Below, in pieces: positions 58,927-64,000 of a stretch of 64,000 nt of DNA (positions within the stretch are counted from its first letter, which is position 1; each line of letters opens with the position of its first letter). Both the position numbers and the translations under genes were made by a program. Source of the stretch: Chiloscyllium plagiosum (lineage: Eukaryota); the NCBI RefSeq assembly GCF_004010195.1, contig NC_057753.1:3096648-3160647 (forward strand). Reading direction: 5' to 3'. The notes under the pieces are model-generated. The model was not told where the DNA came from, ran no database searches, and worked only from the letters and a program-made list of their open reading frames with translations.

Positions 58927-59728
58927 AGAACAGGCCTTTTGGCCCACGATATTGTGCCGAGATTTAATCCGAATGTCAAACATAATAACTTAACCTCCGC
59001 TCCCCTCAACTCACTGCTATCCATGTGCATGTCCAGCAGATGCTTAAATGTCCCCAATGACTCTGCTTCCACCACCACCGCTGGCAACGCATTCCATGCA
59101 TTCACAACTCTCTGCAGAAAGAACCTACCTCTGCGGTCTCCTTTATACCTTCCTCCTAATATCTTCAAACTATGACCCCTCATACCAGTCGATCCTGCCC
59201 TGAGGAAAAGTCTCTGGCTATTGACTCCATCCATGCATCTCATTACCTTGTACACCTCTATCAGGTCTCCTCTCTTCCTCCTTCTCTCCAGAGAGAAAAG
59301 TCCGAGCTTATTCAACCTTTCTTCATAAGGCAAGCCCTCCAGTCCAGGCAGCAACCTGGTAAAACCTTCTTTGCACCCTCTCCAAAGCCTCCACATCTTT
59401 CCTATAGTAGGGTGACCAGAACCGGACACAATATTCCAAGTGTGGTCTCACCAGGGACTTGTAGAGCTGCAGCAAAACCTCGCGGCTCTTAAACTCAATC
59501 CCCCTGTTAATGAGAGCCAAAACATGCTTTCTTAACAACCCTATCCACTTGGGTGGCAACTTTGAGAGATCTATGTACTTGCACACCCAGATCCCTCTGT
59601 TTCTCCACACTGCCAAGAATCCTGTCTTTAATCCTATATTCAGCATTTGAGTTCGACCTTCCAAAATGCATCAGTTCGCATTTATCAAGGTCGAACTCCA
59701 TCTGCCATTTCTCAGCCCAGCTCTGCAT
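58927..59728 (-). mobile_element. CR1-clade 3' part (the target of the L1 insertion; its tail resumes at 52824-52845)
   Basis: WAEKWQMEFDLDKC, LYKSLVRPHLEYCVRFWSP, RRRKRGDLIEVYK. Confidence 0.9.
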
Positions 59729-59734
59729 TTACTC

Positions 59735-60172
59735 GGACGTTGCTGAGAATGGAGGGTTTAAGTTATAGGGAGAGGCTGGACAGGCTGGGACTATTTTCAC
59801 TGGAGGTTAAGAGGTGGCCTTATAGAAGCTTCTCAAGTCATGAGGGGCATGGACAAGGCAAATGGCAGATGTCTTCTCCATCAGATGGTGGATTCCGAGA
59901 CTCGGGGGCAAATTTTCAAGATGAGAGGAGAAAGATTTTTTAAGACAGTGATTTTCTTTTTTACACAGAGTGGTTCGTGTGTGGAATGAACTTGAGAGGA
60001 AATGGCGGATGCGGGTGCAGTTACAACATTTAAAAGACGTTTAGAGAAGTACATGAATAAGAAAGGTTTGGAGGGATATAGCCCAAGCAGGCAGGTGGGA
60101 CTAGTTTAGTTTGGGATTATATTCGGCATGGACCGGCTGGACCGTAGGGTCTGTATCTGTGCTGTATGACTC
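59735..60172 (+). mobile_element. CR1-clade 3' end
   Basis: GLSYRERLDRLGLFSLE; tail ctgtgctgtatgactct. Confidence 0.8.
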
Positions 60173-60847
60173 TTAAATGCCCCGATCGTATCTGCCTCCA
60201 CCAACACCCAGGCAGCGCATTCCAGACTCCTATTACTGTGTAAAACGTCTTGCCCCTCACATCTCCTTTGAACTTCCCCCTCTCACCATAAATGGATGCC
60301 CCTCAGTATTAGGCATGTTATCCACCCACTCAGTAATGAGGGGTTTGGAAACAGTGTCAGCTCTTACATGTTTACTGACAGCTTCCAGCCTGGCCTCAGT
60401 GACCCTGGAAGTATCATAACTTTAAGATCACCATCGAGCTAAAGTAAAGGAAAAGGCCCTTTGGCCCATCGTATCTGTGCTGGTCATGAAAAAAAAACAC
60501 CTAGCTGTTCTATAATATGACAGAAATTCAGAACAGATTATTCTAGTTTCTGTGAAACATTATTTCTCCTTTCATTTCCTCAGATCTATAAATACCCTGT
60601 CTCAAACGCATGTCCTCATCTTCCCTCTTGCTCACTGTTCCATTTTCAGGTCTTCTACGAGATTCATTCAGCGCAGTAAAGGCCCACTGCACCTACACAA
60701 CTACCACGGAATGTACGCTCATCCCAATTTCCTGCACTTGTCCCTTACCTTTGAATGTTATGTTATTTGAAGTACTCATCCAAATTGTTTTTTTAATAAG
60801 GTTATAAGGTTTGGGCCTCTGCTTCTCAGTGCTTTGCAGGTTCCCAC

Positions 60848-61577
60848 TGCAAGCGGGCATCAGACCGCCCTGCTTTTGACACGGGACTATGCCTACATCA
60901 GGAAACTATAAGAATTCATTTTGTGTTTTAAACAGCAGTCGCAGCTTTAAACCCACAGAACTCAGCAGCTGCCGGTCTGCCCACGTGACCGGGAGATAGG
61001 AGACAGAGGACAGATCAAATCCACACTAGACCAACACTACCCATGACTCATAGACCAAAACTCCGGAATTAATTAATATGGAAACCCATCTCCGAATCAC
61101 ATCAAGAGACTGACTGAAACACACCCATACCCATCGATACGGAACCATTCTGACACAAAGGACAGGCATCCACCAGACAGGAACGGACAGACCAATACAC
61201 ACCAACACCCCAAGGGAACAAAGGGGGGTGCTAGCCCCCTGCCCTCACAGAGAGAGACAAGCAGATAATACCCGGACCCGTTTTACATAAACCAATTAGC
61301 ACCCTATTGTGCGTGCCCTGCAACTCTCCTGGGACGGTAGGAAACAGTCTATTCGCACCTACTCCAGTGATGATGGGGAACTATCATCCCATTCATCCTC
61401 AAATTCCACACATCCTGACAACTAAAAGTATATAATATGTAGCTGCGTGCGGGAACAGGACAGCAGCTGAGATTCAGACCTTGGTTGGTCTCCGCCGGCG
61501 TTACTGTAACAATAAACGTTACCGATTGTTGAACCGCACTCTGGGCTCGGACTGATATCATTTCATCCGCGCTAACA
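60848..61577 (+). mobile_element. Solo LTR (730 bp)
   Basis: TG...CA ends with weak terminal inverted repeat (tgcaagcggg / ccgcgctaaca); 4-bp TSD CCAC at 60844-60847 and 61578-61581; CCAAT near 61192 and 61293, TATATAA at 61429, AATAAA at 61511. Confidence 0.8.
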
Positions 61578-61779
61578 CCACCATCTGCCGAGTGAAAATG
61601 TATTTTCCCAAACCCCCTGGGAATCTCCTGCTCCTTACGGTATCATGATTTCTCCCTCAACCAAGGGAACACCTGCTCTCTATTCACCCTCACCATCTTA
61701 TATCCCTCAATCGCCCCTCAGAATCCACACACGATCATACACTTGAAGAATTCTAACCAATTTGTTAGACGTGACCTCC

Positions 61780-64000
61780 CTCTGACAAAGCCGAACTAAG
61801 TCACGCCTTGCCAAGTGGGCCTGAGTTCGCTTCTTCAGAATTTTCTCCAATAATTTTCCTACCACTGACATGAGACTCACCGGTCCATCTCTACCACCCC
61901 TTTTCAACAGTGCAACCACATTAACCATCCTCCAGGCCTCTGGCACTTCCCCTGTGGCTAAACAGAAATTAAAAATTTGTATCAGAGCTCCTGCAATTTC
62001 CTGCCTCGTCTCTACAGCAGCTTGGGATGCAATTACTCTGGGGACTTGGCAGTTCTTATGACCAACACAGCCTCCAATATCTCCCGATTTCCTATGTCAA
62101 ACTGCGCAAGTTCCTCACAGTCCTTTTTCCTGAATTCCTTATCTACGTTGTTCTATTCTAGAGTGAAGACCGAAGAGAAGTCTTCATTCAACACCCTTCC
62201 AATATTCTGCGGCGTCACACAATTCTGAGGTGGCCCCTTTCATCCCTAACAGGCCCCATTCATTCCCTGTTTAACCTCTTCCCTTTAATAGGATTCTCCC
62301 TAATCCTGTTCGCAAGTCTTTTCTCATGCCCCTTTTTTGCTCTTAGAATTATAGAGATGTACAGCACGGAAACAGACACATCGGTCCAACTCATCCGTGA
62401 TGACCAGATATCCCAACCTAATCTGATCCCATTTGCCAGCACTTGGCCCATATCCCTCTCAACCCTTCCTTTTCATATACCCATTTTAAAATGTTGTAAA
62501 TGTCCCAGCCTACACCACTTACTCATATACATACCACCCTCTGTGCGAAAAAGTTGCCCCTTAGGTCTCTTTTATATCTTTCCCCTCTCACCCTAAACCT
62601 ATGCCCTCTAGTTCTGGACTCCCCGACCCCAGGGAAAAGACTTTGTCTATTTACCCTATCCATGCGCCTTATGGTTTTACAAACCTCTATGAGGTCACCC
62701 CTCAGCCTCAAACATTGCAGGGAAAACAGACCAAACCTATTCAGCCTCTCTCCGGCAACACCCTTGTAAATATTTTCTGAACCCTTTCAAGTTTCACAAC
62801 ATCTTTCCGATAGGATGGAGTCCAGAACTGCACGCAATATTCCAACAGTGGCCTAAACAATGTCCTGTACAGCCGCAACATGACCTCCTAACTCCGGTAC
62901 TCAATACTCTGACCAATAAAGGAAAGCATACCAAACGCCTTCTTCACTATCCTATCTACCTGCGACTCACTTTCAAGGAGCTATGAACCTGCACTCCAAG
63001 GTCTCTTTGTTCAGTAACACCGCTATTCAGTGTATTCTAATTGCTTTCGTCAGTTCTTTCCTGCACTTCTTGTGTTCCTTTAGGGCCGCAGCTGAATAGG
63101 CTTGAGAAAAGCACTACTCTTCTTCTTTACCCAGTCCTGAACTATCCTAGACACCCAGGGTTCTCTGAACCTATTGCTACTGCATTTCCCTCGAAAGGGT
63201 AGACGTTGGAGCTGCATTCTCCCCAGTTCCTTTTTGAATGCCACCCGGTTGCTCAGCTACACACTTACCCGCAAGGAGCCACTCCCAGTCTACTGTGGGA
63301 TATACTTTGAATTAAATCTGTGCTTCGACTAATCCAAAGCCATCTTTTGCAGGCCATCTTTTTCTTTGGCCAAAACATAATTGAACCGCAGTACGTTGTG
63401 ATTGCTATCACTAAAACAGCGCTCCCCCACTGCAACATGGAACATGAGTCCAGCTTCTTCCCTCAGAATCACAGCCAGCAATATACCATCCCTTATTGGA
63501 GCTTCTACACATTGATACCAAAATGTCCCCAGATGCATTTTGAGAAATCCACCCTCATTACACCTTTAATACGATGGCTATTCAAAGTCATGTTGAGAAA
63601 GTTGAAATCCCCGAATACAATCACCTGATTATTACTCTCACACACTTGTGAGCTGCCTACATATTTGCACCTCTCTTTGACTCTTTGGGGGCATATAATA
63701 CACTCCCACTAAACTCGCTGCTCCCTTATCATTCCTAAGTTATAGTGATAGAGATGTAGAGCACGGAAACAGACCCCTCGGTCCAACTCGTCCATGCCAA
63801 CCAGATATCCGAACCTAATCTAGTCCCACTTGCCAACACTTGGCCCATACCCGTCTAAGCCCTTCTTATTCACATACCCATCCAGATGCCTTTTCAATGT
63901 TGTAATTGCACCAGCCTCCACCACTTCCTCTGGCAGCTCATTCCATACTCGCACCCGAAACCTATGCCCTCTGGTTCTGGCCTCACCTTAATCCAGGGAA
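61780..64000 (-). mobile_element. Old CR1 ORF2 fragments (61780-63740) with nested younger CR1/HER1 3' ends (62348-63020, 63746-64000)
   Basis: PEAWRMVNVVALLKRG, PVSLMSVVGKLLEKI, FSDSNHNV; RLRGDLIEV..RTRGHRFRVRGERYK. Confidence 0.8.

Overview
This is eukaryotic, repeat-dense genomic DNA, almost certainly from a shark or other cartilaginous fish (about 20 HE1-type tRNA/V-domain SINEs and many CR1/HER1-type LINE fragments). The genic content is a cluster of C2H2 zinc-finger genes with no KRAB or other effector exon visible. Three have intact ORFs (12444-13118 minus, 8 fingers; 16503-17429 plus, 11 fingers; 42201-43619 minus, 13 canonical plus about 3 degenerate fingers), and about four are pseudogenes. 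They sit as divergent pairs around three CpG islands (about 14.0, 35.7 and 45.2 kb). Mobile DNA includes a full-length but disabled L1 (52846-58911, 15-bp TSD, 5' YY1 site), a 3.6-kb CR1 with an SGNH-esterase ORF1, Rex1/Babar and L2 fragments, Penelope GIY-YIG fragments, and a 730-bp solo LTR (TG...CA, CCAC TSD). The most striking hidden signal is RNA structure. Three families of minimal type-I hammerhead ribozyme motifs are carried on Penelope-like termini. These termini occur as short, often palindromic insertions with 10-18-bp TSDs. At 11.6-12.4 kb they form a direct tandem of two intact hammerheads 383 nt apart, the layout of a non-LTR retrozyme, just downstream of a ZNF gene. All family names come from motif recognition by eye; no database search was run, and repeat boundaries are approximate unless a TSD is quoted.
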